A stretch of 64,000 nt of DNA from Pyrinomonadaceae bacterium. GTDB lineage: Bacteria; Acidobacteriota; Blastocatellia; Pyrinomonadales; Pyrinomonadaceae. Below are positions 43,889 to 54,054 of the stretch, in pieces; the stretch's first letter is position 1, and each line of letters begins with the position of its first letter. The position numbers and the translations under genes are program-made. The stretch lies in assembly GCA_046313635.1 (NCBI GenBank), contig JBKBYA010000012.1, forward strand, positions 5,451 through 69,450, given 5' to 3'. The notes under the pieces were generated by a model, which was not told the DNA's origin, ran no database searches, and saw only the letters and a program-made list of their open reading frames with translations.

Positions 43889-44078
43889 TCATCGCGGACA
43901 CGCGGCTGCGACCCGCTCGGCGTTCGCGGCGGCGCGATTAACGCCGAATCGGTTTCCAATCTCCTCGAACGCGGTGGTAAAGGTCGACGGCGACACCGAG
44001 AGCCCGGCGGCCGTCGCGACGAGCATAAGGGCGATCGCCGCCGCGGTGACGATGGATGAATGGGATGCTTTTTTTCAT
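43889..44078 (-). pseudogene. Small secreted-peptide ORF with an extra base in an A7 run
   Basis: GAGGAG SD before ATG 44078; removing one A gives 62 aa MKKASHSSIVTAAAIALMLVATAAGLSVSPS... Confidence 0.5.
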
Positions 44079-44111
44079 TGAATTACTCCTCGATCCGGGG
44101 TTTTGCGGGCA

Positions 44112-44157
44112 ATACTATCCGACCGGCCGCCGTCCGAACAGCTACACAAACGTGCAG
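44112..44157 (-). promoter_or_regulatory. Activator-dependent promoter P2 (7-2-7 site plus -10)
   Basis: CTGCACG-TT-TGTGTAG (44157-44142), 24 nt, TAGTAT. Confidence 0.7.
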
Positions 44158-44179
44158 GCTGCATAAAAATGCGGGGCGC

Positions 44180-44212
44180 AAAACAGGGCAGCGAGTCGGG
44201 GCGTCGCTGCCC
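44180..44212 (-). terminator. Rho-independent terminator after the TolB-like gene
   Basis: GGGCAGCGA/TCGCTGCCC stem followed by TGTTTT on the minus strand. Confidence 0.6.
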
Positions 44213-44234
44213 GAGTTTTCGTTATCTGCGGACC

Positions 44235-46046
44235 TTATCTGATCTGGAAAAGCGCAATGTGCGTCGAGCCGTCGTTCAGCCTAACGAGCAACTGCCGGCA
44301 CGTTCCCCTCCACGACCTTTCGGTTTTCCAGACATAGATGTAACGGTCGGTCAGAGCGTCGTAGCTCAAGCTGCTTGACCCGGCCGTCACCGTTTCTTCG
44401 ACCGTCGAGGTCGATGAGCCGCCGACGCACTGCACCTGCTGCGACGCCGGGAAGCCGGCGGCGAAAATGTTGGGTCCCTTGTTTCCGCTCAGACTGAATT
44501 TGACCGGCACAGATTGCCCCGCGCTGACGACGTTGACGGTCGGCAGATCATCGACCGGCTGGAAAAAGCCCGCGAAGTTGTAAAGTACGGTCACCGTGAA
44601 ACTGCGCATCGCCGTGTTGCCCGAGGCGTCGGTCGCCGTGACGTTGACCGTTGTCGTGCCGACCGGGAATGGCGAGCCCGATGTGGGAATCGCATTCACT
44701 GTCGGATTCGTGTCGCAGTTGTCGGTCGCCGATACCGTAAAATTTACGACCGCGCTCGTACCGGTCGAGTTTGGAGCGAGCGACGTAACGATGTTTGCCG
44801 GCAGCGACAAGACGGGCACGCCAGTCTCGGCCGCGACCGTGACATTAAGCGTCGCTCCGGCGTATCGTGTTCCGCTGTCGGTTACGCGAAGTGTGAAGCT
44901 CGCGTTGGCTGCCCCGCACGTCGCCGCGATCGCCGCCGTCACGGCACCGGATGACGATACCGCGATTCCTGATACCGTCACGCCGTTCGAGGTCGCGCTC
45001 GACGAGCCGTTGACGGTGACGCTCAGAGAGCTCTCTGCGTCCTCCGCATCATTTACCGATGCGACGGAAATGCCCAGCGTGTTGGAGTCGGCCGCCACCG
45101 ACGCACTCAAAGCCGTAATTGTCGGCGCGGCGTTGGCCGCGCCGCCCCACGACGGATTGCCGTTGAGACCGCCATTGGCTGCAGAATTGTTTGTAATTCG
45201 TGTTTGCGCCGAACCGTCGGCATTCATCGTGTAAATCTCGGTGAGGGGATGTATCCCGCGGTCGGACTGAAAAGCAATCTTGTTGCCGTCCGGGCTGAAT
45301 GACGGGTTTTCATCGTGGTCAGAATTGTTGGTAAGGCGTGCATGACCCGTGCCATCGTCGTTCATGGTCCAAATCTCACCGTTGCTTACACTCCCTATCT
45401 GAAAGACAATTCTGGAGCCATTGGGGCTGAACGAGGGATTGGCTTCATACGCGGTATTGAATGTCAGTCTCTCGCGACCAGTGCCGTTACTGTTCATAAT
45501 GTAGATATCGGTGTCGATGCCTGGAGCAAGTTGAACCGCAAAAACGATCCTGTTGCCGTCGGGACTGATCGACGCATCTAAATCGCTTACAGTGTTGTTG
45601 GTCAAACGAGTTTGTCCTGAGCCGTCGGCGTTCATGATGTAGATTTCGCTATTTCCGTCACGGAAGGAATGAAAAACGATCTTGCCGTTCGGTCCGAACG
45701 AGGGGTTGTTGTCTGAAGCCGCATTCGTTGTCAGCCTCGTTTGGTTTGAGCCGTCGATGTCCATTACATAAATTTCGTTGTTCCCGTTCCGGTTGGATTG
45801 AAATGCTATCTTGCTGCCGTCGGGACTTATCGAGGGATTAATGTCGTTGCCGCCGCAATTCGTCAGATTTACTTGATTAGTGCCGTCGGCGTTCATCAAG
45901 TAGATTTCACCGCTGCCGTCGGCGGCGCCGAACGAATGATAGGCAATTTTCTCTTGCGCGACGCATACGCTTGCGGCGGCGAGAAGCGATGCGCAAAGCA
46001 AAGTGCTCATCACGGCGATGTTCTTTATCGATCGAAAAATTCTCAT
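44235..46046 (-). CDS. Secreted protein: TolB-like PD40 beta-propeller, Ig-like and HYR domains, C-terminal PxKF domain
   Basis: ATG 46046 with GGAG SD; six EIY.MN.DG....LT....D..PS.SPDG repeats; SGSPFPVGTTTVNVTATDASGN (HYR); FAGFFQPV...PVKF...YIYVWKT. Confidence 0.85.
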   Translation of the reverse strand: MRIFRSIKNIAVMSTLLCASLLAAASVCVAQEKIAYHSFGAADGSGEIYLMNADGTNQVNLTNCGGNDINPSISPDGSKIAFQSNRNGNNEIYVMDIDGSNQTRLTTNAASDNNPSFGPNGKIVFHSFRDGNSEIYIMNADGSGQTRLTNNTVSDLDASISPDGNRIVFAVQLAPGIDTDIYIMNSNGTGRERLTFNTAYEANPSFSPNGSRIVFQIGSVSNGEIWTMNDDGTGHARLTNNSDHDENPSFSPDGNKIAFQSDRGIHPLTEIYTMNADGSAQTRITNNSAANGGLNGNPSWGGAANAAPTITALSASVAADSNTLGISVASVNDAEDAESSLSVTVNGSSSATSNGVTVSGIAVSSSGAVTAAIAATCGAANASFTLRVTDSGTRYAGATLNVTVAAETGVPVLSLPANIVTSLAPNSTGTSAVVNFTVSATDNCDTNPTVNAIPTSGSPFPVGTTTVNVTATDASGNTAMRSFTVTVLYNFAGFFQPVDDLPTVNVVSAGQSVPVKFSLSGNKGPNIFAAGFPASQQVQCVGGSSTSTVEETVTAGSSSLSYDALTDRYIYVWKTERSWRGTCRQLLVRLNDGSTHIALFQIR

Positions 46047-46182
46047 ATCAGTTCTCCGTCTCAAATTTGCTCCGGAACGAGCAATAGCTGGTCTTTGTTC
46101 GACACCGACGCCGCGGCCCTGCAGACGGGCGGGCAACAAGTATCGTTCTTTCGTGCGAGTTACCATCCGCGCTGTATTTGAC

Positions 46183-46779
46183 CTAGTCCGCGTCGACCAA
46201 GTGTCCGGAAATGCTCATGTGGATCGTTTCCGCTCCGAAGGATCCGAGCCGCTCGGCAAAGAAAACCACGGTCGTCCCGGCGTCGGAGTAAAGGTTGACC
46301 TGCGCGCCGACGGCGGCCTTACCGCCGACTTTTTCCGCCAGCGGCAGCGAATGGGTAACGCGGTTTCCGCTGATCTCGGTCGTCACCGCGATGCGCAGAC
46401 CCGCCCCAGCGTCGCCGAAAAACGAATTGGCTGAGACAAATTCGATCACGGCCCGCTTGTCGTTCGGCACGCCGTACGCGGCCAGGCAGCTCGTGCCTCC
46501 ACCGACCGGCGTGCAACTGGTCGAAAAGTGAAATGGACGGCGCCTCGACTCGCCCACTTCGCGCACCGGCAACGGAGCGCCGGCCGGGCCCGACACGCTC
46601 ACGGCGCCGGTTACGGGGACCGGGTTCGATGGTAGGTTGACGACCTCGACCGCCCGGGTCGCGTTGCTGCCGGAGGGCTGCCCTTGCGCCGTGTTGGACG
46701 CGACCAAAGCGGCAATGCCCGCCGCAGCAAACAGAGCTATAACCGCTCCTATTGATCGTGAGATCCGAAATCTCGTCAT
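46183..46779 (-). CDS. Secreted hypothetical protein
   Basis: ATG 46779 with GGAG SD; signal peptide, VEVVNLPSNPVPVTG, VPNDKRAVIEFVS, ISGHLVD. Confidence 0.75.
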   Translation of the reverse strand: MTRFRISRSIGAVIALFAAAGIAALVASNTAQGQPSGSNATRAVEVVNLPSNPVPVTGAVSVSGPAGAPLPVREVGESRRRPFHFSTSCTPVGGGTSCLAAYGVPNDKRAVIEFVSANSFFGDAGAGLRIAVTTEISGNRVTHSLPLAEKVGGKAAVGAQVNLYSDAGTTVVFFAERLGSFGAETIHMSISGHLVDAD

Positions 46780-46878
46780 TGTCTTTCTCCCAATTCTTAG
46801 GTGAAACCGTTTCCGCACACTCGCGGGGGCGCGTTGATGTGGCTCGCTCCCGCGAGCGTGCGCTTTCCGTCTTTCTTA

Positions 46879-47568
46879 TCAGTAAACGATCAGGAAATAA
46901 TCCGACGCGATCGAGTGGAAGGTGGATGACTCGTTGTGGAAGAAGCGCATGGACACGTAGTTACCCGACCGACTTGTGATCCTCCCCGCAATGAAATCAT
47001 CCGCGACCGTGTTATTGGCCGAGCCAAACGAAGACAAGGCAAAGTACCGCCCCGCCGTGCTGAATCCCAGATCAACCGAATATGCAGGCCCAAGGGCTTC
47101 CAGGACACTCGATGTGAATCCACATCCCGTATTCGTTGTTCCGCCGGTGACGGTCGCCCCGGTCGCTGCGTTGTAACACTGCGAGATGACCCCGTTTGCC
47201 AGCACGAACAGCATCGCTCTCGCACCGCCCGGGCCGGCCGGCCCCTGCGGTCCTTGTTCGCCCTGCGGACCTTGTTCTCCTCGTGGTCCCTGCGGCCCCT
47301 GTGGGCCAGCCGGACCTTGCGGGCCCTGTGGGCCCTGTAGTCCCTGTGGTCCCTGCGGGCCTTGCTGGTTCCATGAGATGAGGGTCTCGGCGCGCGGGTC
47401 GCACTGCTGAGTTGGGTAATCGATCAGGCGGAGCTGTCCGCCGCTGCGCTTGTAGCAGCCATAATAGACGCCGTTCGCATCCGGGATGCTGGCGTAAGCG
47501 ACGATGGCGACGAGTGCGGCGGCGACGAGGCCGCCCAGGCTGACGAGCAGGTGATTTCGTTTTTTCAT
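46879..47568 (-). CDS. Secreted collagen-like protein
   Basis: ATG 47568 with GGAG SD; signal peptide, [12 protein letters not shown]...C...WNQQ head, 15 Gly-X-Y triplets, C-terminal globular domain. Confidence 0.85.
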   Translation of the reverse strand: MKKRNHLLVSLGGLVAAALVAIVAYASIPDANGVYYGCYKRSGGQLRLIDYPTQQCDPRAETLISWNQQGPQGPQGLQGPQGPQGPAGPQGPQGPRGEQGPQGEQGPQGPAGPGGARAMLFVLANGVISQCYNAATGATVTGGTTNTGCGFTSSVLEALGPAYSVDLGFSTAGRYFALSSFGSANNTVADDFIAGRITSRSGNYVSMRFFHNESSTFHSIASDYFLIVY

Positions 47569-47605
47569 TTTCTTTCGCTCCTGAATCATGAAGATGTTTA
47601 CCGGC

Positions 47606-47650
47606 ATGCTATGCGGTGCGGGGCCGGGAAAAAACCACACATTTGTGCAG
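47606..47650 (-). promoter_or_regulatory. Activator-dependent promoter P1 (7-2-7 site plus -10)
   Basis: CTGCACA-AA-TGTGTGG (47650-47635), 23 nt, TAGCAT. Confidence 0.7.
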
Positions 47651-47702
47651 GGGCGAAAAGGATGTCGACGGCTGATCGCCCGCCGATCGTCGGGCCGATG
47701 CC

Positions 47703-48380
47703 TTAGACGAGCTTTTCCCGCAGAGCTTTGGCGACGGCTTCGCTCTTGGAGTGGACCTGGAGCTTCTCGTAGATGTTCTTGAGGTGAAACGAGACGGTGT
47801 GAAAAGAGATGCCCATCTCGCGGGCGGCGGTCTTTTTGTGGTGGCCTTCGACGAGCAGCTTGAGGAGCTGGGTCTCTTGCGGCGTGAGATGATAATCGGC
47901 CTTCTCCGGCGGGCGAAATTCGCGAAAGAGCTTGATGACGCGCGCGGCGATGGCGGGCGAGATCGGCGAGCCGCCGTCGGCTGCTTCGCGCAGCGCGTCG
48001 AGCAGGCGCGCCGGGGGCGTATTCTTGAGCAGGTAACCATTCGCTCCGCTGCAGAGCGCGTTGAAGATCTGATCGTCGTTGTCGTAGATCGTGAGCGCGA
48101 GGATCGGGACGTCCGGAAAGATCTCTCGCAGCCGGCTGATGCCCTCGATGCCCGACATTCCCGGCAGTCCGAGATCGGTCAGGATGATGTCGGGATCGTC
48201 GCCGGCGATGCGCGCAAGTGCCGTCTCCATCAGGCCGTACGCGGCGACGCATTTTAAGCCGGGCGTTCCGTTGATCAATGCCGAGAGGCCGTCGCGTACC
48301 TCGCGAAGGTCTTCGATCAAGACCACGCGCGCCTGCGATGGCAGACTGTCGAGCATTGGGTCGACTGTGACTGGAAGCAT
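47703..48380 (-). CDS. NarL/LuxR-family response regulator
   Basis: Receiver IED...[10 protein letters not shown]...[16 protein letters not shown]...[13 protein letters not shown]; start could be 48356. Confidence 0.95.
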   Translation of the reverse strand: MLPVTVDPMLDSLPSQARVVLIEDLREVRDGLSALINGTPGLKCVAAYGLMETALARIAGDDPDIILTDLGLPGMSGIEGISRLREIFPDVPILALTIYDNDDQIFNALCSGANGYLLKNTPPARLLDALREAADGGSPISPAIAARVIKLFREFRPPEKADYHLTPQETQLLKLLVEGHHKKTAAREMGISFHTVSFHLKNIYEKLQVHSKSEAVAKALREKLV

Positions 48381-48456
48381 TTTATTAACGCTTGACTCTA
48401 TGCTCTGTTTTCCGTCGGAGCACCTGCCCGAATGAGCAGGTGCGGCGGATCGCCGT

Positions 48457-51400
48457 TCAGATCGTGGGCGCTCGGCGGAGCTCCATCTCAAAACTCACGG
48501 TGGTCCCCGCCTTTTCGCTGGTCGACGCGATGTCGAGCCTGCCGCCGAGCGCGTCCGCGCGGCGCTGCATACTGCGAAGCCCCTGCCCGTCCGGCCAACT
48601 CCCCGGAGCAAAGCCTCGCCCGTTATCGGCGACGTTCAGACGCAGCCGGTCGCCCTCGATCTCAAAGCGGATCACCACGCGGGTACAGCCGGAATGCCGG
48701 GCCGCGTTATTCACGGCTTCCTTAAAGATCAACAGAACATCGCGACGCACGCCGACCGGCAACTGCAGATCCTCTTCGCTCACCGGCGCGAAGTACTCGA
48801 GATCGATGTCCCGAAGCGTAAAGATCTCTTCGGCATGCGAGCGCATTCGCCTCACGAGATCGACGACGCGGTCGTGTTCGGGACTGATCGCCCAGACTAT
48901 ATCGTTCATCGACGCGACCGACTCGCGCGAGATGTCGGCGATCGACTCGAGCAGGTCGGCCGAGCCGTTTGCAGAGCGTTGCCGCGCGACCTCGCTGAGC
49001 AGCGAGATGCGTGTCAGGTTTGCACCGATGTCGTCGTGCAGGTCGGTCGCGATCCGCGTCCGCATTCGCTCAAGCTGCAGTATCCGCGCGAGCCGATTGC
49101 GGTAAAAGCCGTAAAAGGCGATCCCGACGGCAAACGCCAGCGCCGTGATAAACCACCAGCGCTGCCAGATGGGAGCCGCCACCCTGAACTCAACATTCGC
49201 CGGCGCTCCGGTCACGCCGTCAAAGGTGAGGGCCCGCACCTCGAGCAGGAATTCGCCCGCCGCGAGATCGGCGATGTTGATCGTGCGCTCATTCGTGGTA
49301 TTCCAGGCGAGGTTCTCGCCGAGGCGGTATTCGTAACGGAGCCTCTCGCCGAGGCCCGCGCCGAGACCGATGAAATCGACGCTTACCGAATCGTGGGCGG
49401 CGAGCGACACCGGCGGCACCGACTGCTCGCCGAGCACCGAGATCGGTTGGGCCTGGCCGTTCGACGAGCGGATGCCGGTGATCAACGCCGTCGGCGGCCG
49501 CCTCTCGCGCAGCGGCTCCGGCCGCAGACGCGCCAATCCTTTCTGCGCCGAGAACCAGAGATCGCCGTGACGATCGCGAAACGCCACCTCGACCTGGTTG
49601 GCGGGCAGACCGTCGCTGGTCGTGAAGTTCCTGACCGCGCCCGACTCTAGATCGATCCGGTCGACGCCGCGGCCCGAACCCGCGTAGAGCCTGCCAAAAT
49701 TGTCTTCGACGACACAGTAGATGCCGTTGCTCGCGAGCCCCTCGGCGCGTCCGTATCGTGCAAACTCGAGGCTGCCCTGCGAATCGGGATCCAACAGCCG
49801 CAGCAGCCCGGTCGTCGTATTGGCAAACCAGATCTGCCCCTTCGAGTCGAGATACGCGTCACGCATCCAGCCGGTGGGCACGCCGTCCTTTTCGGTAAAC
49901 GTCCGAAATACGCCGTCGCGATAGCGAACGAGCACGGCCTCGCGCCCGTTGTCGATCCCGGTCGCGATCCAAAGGTTGCCGGCCCGATCCTGGAGAAAGG
50001 CGGACACGAGCGACACCGGTGTCAATCCCGCCGCGTCCGTCAGGTCTTCCCACGTTCCGGTCGATCGCCGCCATCTCAACAGTCCGTATTTCGGTTGGCC
50101 AAACGTGCCGACCCAGATGTCGCCGTGCGAGTCCTCAAAGATCCTGAAGGGCTCGCCTCTGAATACGCCCGGCGCCGCGTCCTCAGGGGCCGCGGCGGCA
50201 AGTTCGGCAAAAACTTTGGAGCCGCGATAACGGATAAGAGCCGCGCCGCTCGCTATCCACCAGTCGCCGAAGCGGTCCTGAAGTGCGGTCTGCTTCCAGC
50301 CCCAGCCGTGGGAATTTTGTCCGAAAGCCAGGTCGCGGAGCTTTATGATCTCAAACTTGTCGCCGCCGAAACGGCTGAGCCAGCGGCCATTCGAATGGCT
50401 GGCCGCGACCAGGTCGCCCGCGGCGGTCTCGAGGAGCGTTTCGGGAAACGCGAAACCCAGACCGTCCCTTTCATCAAACGACGTGAAGCCGTAGCGTGCG
50501 ATACGCTTGACGCCGCAGCTCGAGGCGATCCAAATATTGCCGTCCGAGTCCTCGTGGATCGCGTCGGTGTGATCGCACAGTCCGTTCTCCTCGCGATAGA
50601 CGCGTCGGCAGACCGGACCGGGCCCGTCGTTCCATTCGCAGAGGCCCTTGGCCGTCGCGAGCAGCATCCGGCCGTCGGATGCACGATCGATATCTGCGAT
50701 CCAGTTCGACGAGAGGCCGTCCCTTTCCAACACGATACGCTCGACCAGACGCTCGCCTGCCGCGCGGTCCGCGTCCAGGATCAGGAGTCCTCCAAAGTCG
50801 CGCATCCCGGCAAGAATCCGACCCGACGCGTCCTCCAGAAACGAGGTAACGCCGGCCGTCGGCACGCCTGCCTCAGCTCCGAACGTGACCGCATGGCCCT
50901 CAGCGTCGATGCGTGCGATCCATCCGAACGATCCCGCCCAGACCCGCCCCTTAGAATCGCGATAGAGCGCCGTTACCTCGGGCCGACGGACCGCCGGCGG
51001 CCCGTCGATCGCGACCCGCTCGAACGTGACCTCGCCGCCGCGCGCGCGAACGCGATAAAGTCCCGCATCCGACGCCGCGAGAAACGAATCAGCGCCTTCG
51101 CGCAAAAACGCCCTAAATGACCGCGCTTCGCCGCCCGCCGGCGCAAAGACCGAAAAGAGCGGATTGTCCTGCGAGCCGCGCAGCCCTCGCGGGTTGAGCC
51201 TTGCAAGCCCGCCGTCGGTCGCGAAAAAGTACGTTTCGCGATCGAGCTCGAGCACGTCGTTGACGTGCCGCTCCGGCAGACCGTCGTCGACCGTAAAGGT
51301 CGTAAAGCCGTAACCGTCAAACCGCGAAACTCCGTCCGCCGTGCAGATCCAGAGGAAGCCGCGAGAGTCCTGCACGATGCGCGATGCTCCGTCGCGCGGC

Positions 51401-51549
51401 AGACCGTCGGCGATCGTGTACGTCCGCACCGGCAGACGCTCGGCCCGCGCTCCGGCGACCGACACAAGCAAAGATGCTGCGAGAAGAAGAAGGGCGCGGC
51501 GGCGCGGCGTCAATTTGGAGGGCCCGGACGTCTTTTTCGGCCTCGTCAT
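48457..51549 (-). CDS. Membrane sensor histidine kinase (beta-propeller ligand-binding domain, YYY, HisKA_3, HATPase)
   Basis: Repeated DGL...I.QDS.G.LW blades, TM PIWQRWWF, RIATDLHDDIG, KEAVNNAARHS, DNGRGF, GQGLRSM. Confidence 0.93.
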   Translation of the reverse strand: MTRPKKTSGPSKLTPRRRALLLLAASLLVSVAGARAERLPVRTYTIADGLPRDGASRIVQDSRGFLWICTADGVSRFDGYGFTTFTVDDGLPERHVNDVLELDRETYFFATDGGLARLNPRGLRGSQDNPLFSVFAPAGGEARSFRAFLREGADSFLAASDAGLYRVRARGGEVTFERVAIDGPPAVRRPEVTALYRDSKGRVWAGSFGWIARIDAEGHAVTFGAEAGVPTAGVTSFLEDASGRILAGMRDFGGLLILDADRAAGERLVERIVLERDGLSSNWIADIDRASDGRMLLATAKGLCEWNDGPGPVCRRVYREENGLCDHTDAIHEDSDGNIWIASSCGVKRIARYGFTSFDERDGLGFAFPETLLETAAGDLVAASHSNGRWLSRFGGDKFEIIKLRDLAFGQNSHGWGWKQTALQDRFGDWWIASGAALIRYRGSKVFAELAAAAPEDAAPGVFRGEPFRIFEDSHGDIWVGTFGQPKYGLLRWRRSTGTWEDLTDAAGLTPVSLVSAFLQDRAGNLWIATGIDNGREAVLVRYRDGVFRTFTEKDGVPTGWMRDAYLDSKGQIWFANTTTGLLRLLDPDSQGSLEFARYGRAEGLASNGIYCVVEDNFGRLYAGSGRGVDRIDLESGAVRNFTTSDGLPANQVEVAFRDRHGDLWFSAQKGLARLRPEPLRERRPPTALITGIRSSNGQAQPISVLGEQSVPPVSLAAHDSVSVDFIGLGAGLGERLRYEYRLGENLAWNTTNERTINIADLAAGEFLLEVRALTFDGVTGAPANVEFRVAAPIWQRWWFITALAFAVGIAFYGFYRNRLARILQLERMRTRIATDLHDDIGANLTRISLLSEVARQRSANGSADLLESIADISRESVASMNDIVWAISPEHDRVVDLVRRMRSHAEEIFTLRDIDLEYFAPVSEEDLQLPVGVRRDVLLIFKEAVNNAARHSGCTRVVIRFEIEGDRLRLNVADNGRGFAPGSWPDGQGLRSMQRRADALGGRLDIASTSEKAGTTVSFEMELRRAPTI

Positions 51550-51597
51550 AGCATCGAAGGGATGGCGAATTATTACACCGGCCGCTCGTCCCTGACA

Positions 51598-51632
51598 AGA
51601 AAAAAACCGCCGGACCTTTTGAGGCCGGCGGT
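51598..51632 (-). terminator. Rho-independent terminator after the S9 peptidase
   Basis: ACCGCCGG...CCGGCGGT stem followed by a T run on the minus strand. Confidence 0.75.
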
Positions 51633-51663
51633 CTATTCGCAGCATCGATCGTCGATGTTCGAT

Positions 51664-53925
51664 CTAGAGATTCTTCAAAATGAAATCGGTCATCATCGTG
51701 TACCAGTGCCGCACCTGGGCGGGGTTGGTGACGCCGTGGCGGGCCGTTGGATACAGCATCAGGTCGAATTGCTTGTTCGCCTTTTGCAGCTCGTAAGCCA
51801 GCTGCGTCGTGTTCTGCATGTGCACGTTGTCGTCGATCTGGCCGTGGATCAGCATCAGGCGGCCGTTGAGGTTGCCTGCAGCTTTGAGCACCGACGAGTT
51901 GTCGTAGCCGCGCGGGTTGTTTTGCGGCGTCATCATATAACGCTCGGTGTAGATCGAGTCGTAATTTCGCCAATCGGTGACCGAGCCGCCCGCGATGCCG
52001 ATCTTGAACGCCTTGCTGTGCGTCATCGCGTACGAGGTCATAAATCCGCCGTAGCTCCAGCCGTGCAGTCCGATGCGTTCGCCGTCGACGAACTGCAGCG
52101 ACTTGAGATAGGCGACGCCGTCCTCGAGATCGCGCAGCTCGAGGCGGCCGAGATCCTTGTAGATCGGCCAGACCGATTCTTCGCCCTTGCCGCTCGCCGA
52201 GCGGTTGTCGCAGATCCAGATGATGTAGCCCTTTTGCGCGAGAAGCTGAAACCACATTCCGCGTGTACCGAGCCAGCGGTTTGCGACCGACGGCGCGTGC
52301 GGGCCCGAGTATGTAAAGCTGAAGACCGGATACTTTTTTGTCGCGTCAAAGTCGGGCGGCTTGATCATCATCGCTTCCATCTCAAAGCCGTCACGCGTCT
52401 TGACCTTCAAAAAGTCCGGCCGGCTCAATTTGTACTGCGAGAGAGCGTCGACCTTGTTCTCGTTGATCACGCGCTCGAGCGTGCCGTCGGCGCGGTAGAG
52501 CCGCGTCTGCGGCGGAGTGTTGACGTCGCTCCAGATATCGACGAAGTGCGTGAGATTTGCATTGAACGCCGCCGAGTGCGAGCCGTCGCCCTGCGTGATG
52601 CGTTGGGCCTCGCCGCCGCCGATGCGGACGCGGTAAACATTCTCTGCGATGTGCGAATCTTTGGTCCCAGAAAAGTAAGCGTAACCGCTCGACTCGTCGA
52701 CGCCGTGAAGCCCGCGAACTTCCCATTTGCCGTCGGTCAACTGGCGAATGAGTTTGCCGCCGGCATCGTAGTGATACAGATGCCGCCAGCCGTTGCGGGC
52801 AGACTGCCAGACGAACGAGCCGTCCTTTAAGAACGCGGGATTGTCGTAGACCTCGACCCACGCCGCGGTCGTCTCGGTCAAAACTTTGCGGACCTTGCCG
52901 TCCGCGGCGCTTGCGGCGCTGAGATCGAGAAAGGTCTGCTCGCGATTCAAAGCCTGAAAAAAGACGCTGCGGCTGTCGGGCGTCCACGCGACGCGCGCGA
53001 TGAGCAGGTCGTCGGGCTTGTAATTTGAAATGTCGACAAACTTCGCTACGTCGCCGAATCTCAAAACTGTCGACGGCAGACGAGCTCCGATGCCGGGCAC
53101 GCGGCCGGCGTTCGGAATAAAAGAGGTCCTCGTCACGTCGGCGATGCCGAGACGCACCGTCGGGTTTGGGTCGCCGGCCTGCGGGTAGCTTGTGTGCTCG
53201 ACCGACTGGTCGGTCGGAATGTCGTTCGGGATGACGAACTTCGGGACCGGCGACTCGTCCAATCTCAAAAACGCGATGTAGCGCGAATCGGGCGACCACC
53301 AATAGCCGCGCTTCTGGCCGCGGCCGTAGAGTTCCTCCTCGTAGACCCAGTCGAGGATGCCGTTGAGAATTTTCCCATCGCTGCCGTCGCGGGTGAGCTG
53401 CTTTTCGCGCCCCGTCGAGGCTTCCATCACAAAGAGGTTGTTGCCGCGGACGTACGAGACGTACTTGCCGTCCGGGCTGAAGTCGGGCTCTTTCTCTTCC
53501 TCGTTAGAATTCGTCAGCCGCCGCAGCGTGCCCGCCGCGAGGTCGTAGTACCAGAGATCGTTCTGGCGATTGATGATTATCGCGGTTTCGTTCGGGCTGA
53601 AGAGCAGCTCGGGCGAGTTTGAGAGCTCGTTGGCCTCGTCAGACTTGACGCCCGCGTTTACTAGCGCCGCGGCCAGCCGCGAGCTGTCAAAATAATCGCG
53701 GGACTCGCCCGTGACCGCGTTGACGCGCACGAGCTTGCCAGCCTGGACCTGCTTGAAAGACCGCGCGTCGCTCGCCCACTGCACAAACGTCGGCGTCCCG
53801 CTGAAGCGCACGCGGACCTTGGGATCGGTGCTGAATATGTCGTCGAGCGTGAGAAGCCTCTCCTGCGCATAGGCCGCGGACGCAAATGCAATGAACGCCA
53901 AAAAGAGCCACTGGAACTTTTTCAT
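51664..53925 (-). CDS. S9 family peptidase (dipeptidyl peptidase IV-like), secreted
   Basis: 753 aa; DWVYEEE, GWSYGG nucleophile, DDNVH, H-G. Confidence 0.93.
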   Translation of the reverse strand: MKKFQWLFLAFIAFASAAYAQERLLTLDDIFSTDPKVRVRFSGTPTFVQWASDARSFKQVQAGKLVRVNAVTGESRDYFDSSRLAAALVNAGVKSDEANELSNSPELLFSPNETAIIINRQNDLWYYDLAAGTLRRLTNSNEEEKEPDFSPDGKYVSYVRGNNLFVMEASTGREKQLTRDGSDGKILNGILDWVYEEELYGRGQKRGYWWSPDSRYIAFLRLDESPVPKFVIPNDIPTDQSVEHTSYPQAGDPNPTVRLGIADVTRTSFIPNAGRVPGIGARLPSTVLRFGDVAKFVDISNYKPDDLLIARVAWTPDSRSVFFQALNREQTFLDLSAASAADGKVRKVLTETTAAWVEVYDNPAFLKDGSFVWQSARNGWRHLYHYDAGGKLIRQLTDGKWEVRGLHGVDESSGYAYFSGTKDSHIAENVYRVRIGGGEAQRITQGDGSHSAAFNANLTHFVDIWSDVNTPPQTRLYRADGTLERVINENKVDALSQYKLSRPDFLKVKTRDGFEMEAMMIKPPDFDATKKYPVFSFTYSGPHAPSVANRWLGTRGMWFQLLAQKGYIIWICDNRSASGKGEESVWPIYKDLGRLELRDLEDGVAYLKSLQFVDGERIGLHGWSYGGFMTSYAMTHSKAFKIGIAGGSVTDWRNYDSIYTERYMMTPQNNPRGYDNSSVLKAAGNLNGRLMLIHGQIDDNVHMQNTTQLAYELQKANKQFDLMLYPTARHGVTNPAQVRHWYTMMTDFILKNL

Positions 53926-54054
53926 AATCGTTGTCGGTTGAACGGGAAGAGCTGCGTAGTAAGGATAATCAAAGCTTGCTCAAGCGGCAATCGGAAGGGC
54001 CCGAGACAATAAACGGTGCACATTTCCAGCGGCTGTGCCGCAGTGCTGAGAGTT

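Noticed and set aside
47228..47365. 9-nt periodic repeat
   Set aside because: Explained by collagen Gly-X-Y coding, not an intergenic repeat element
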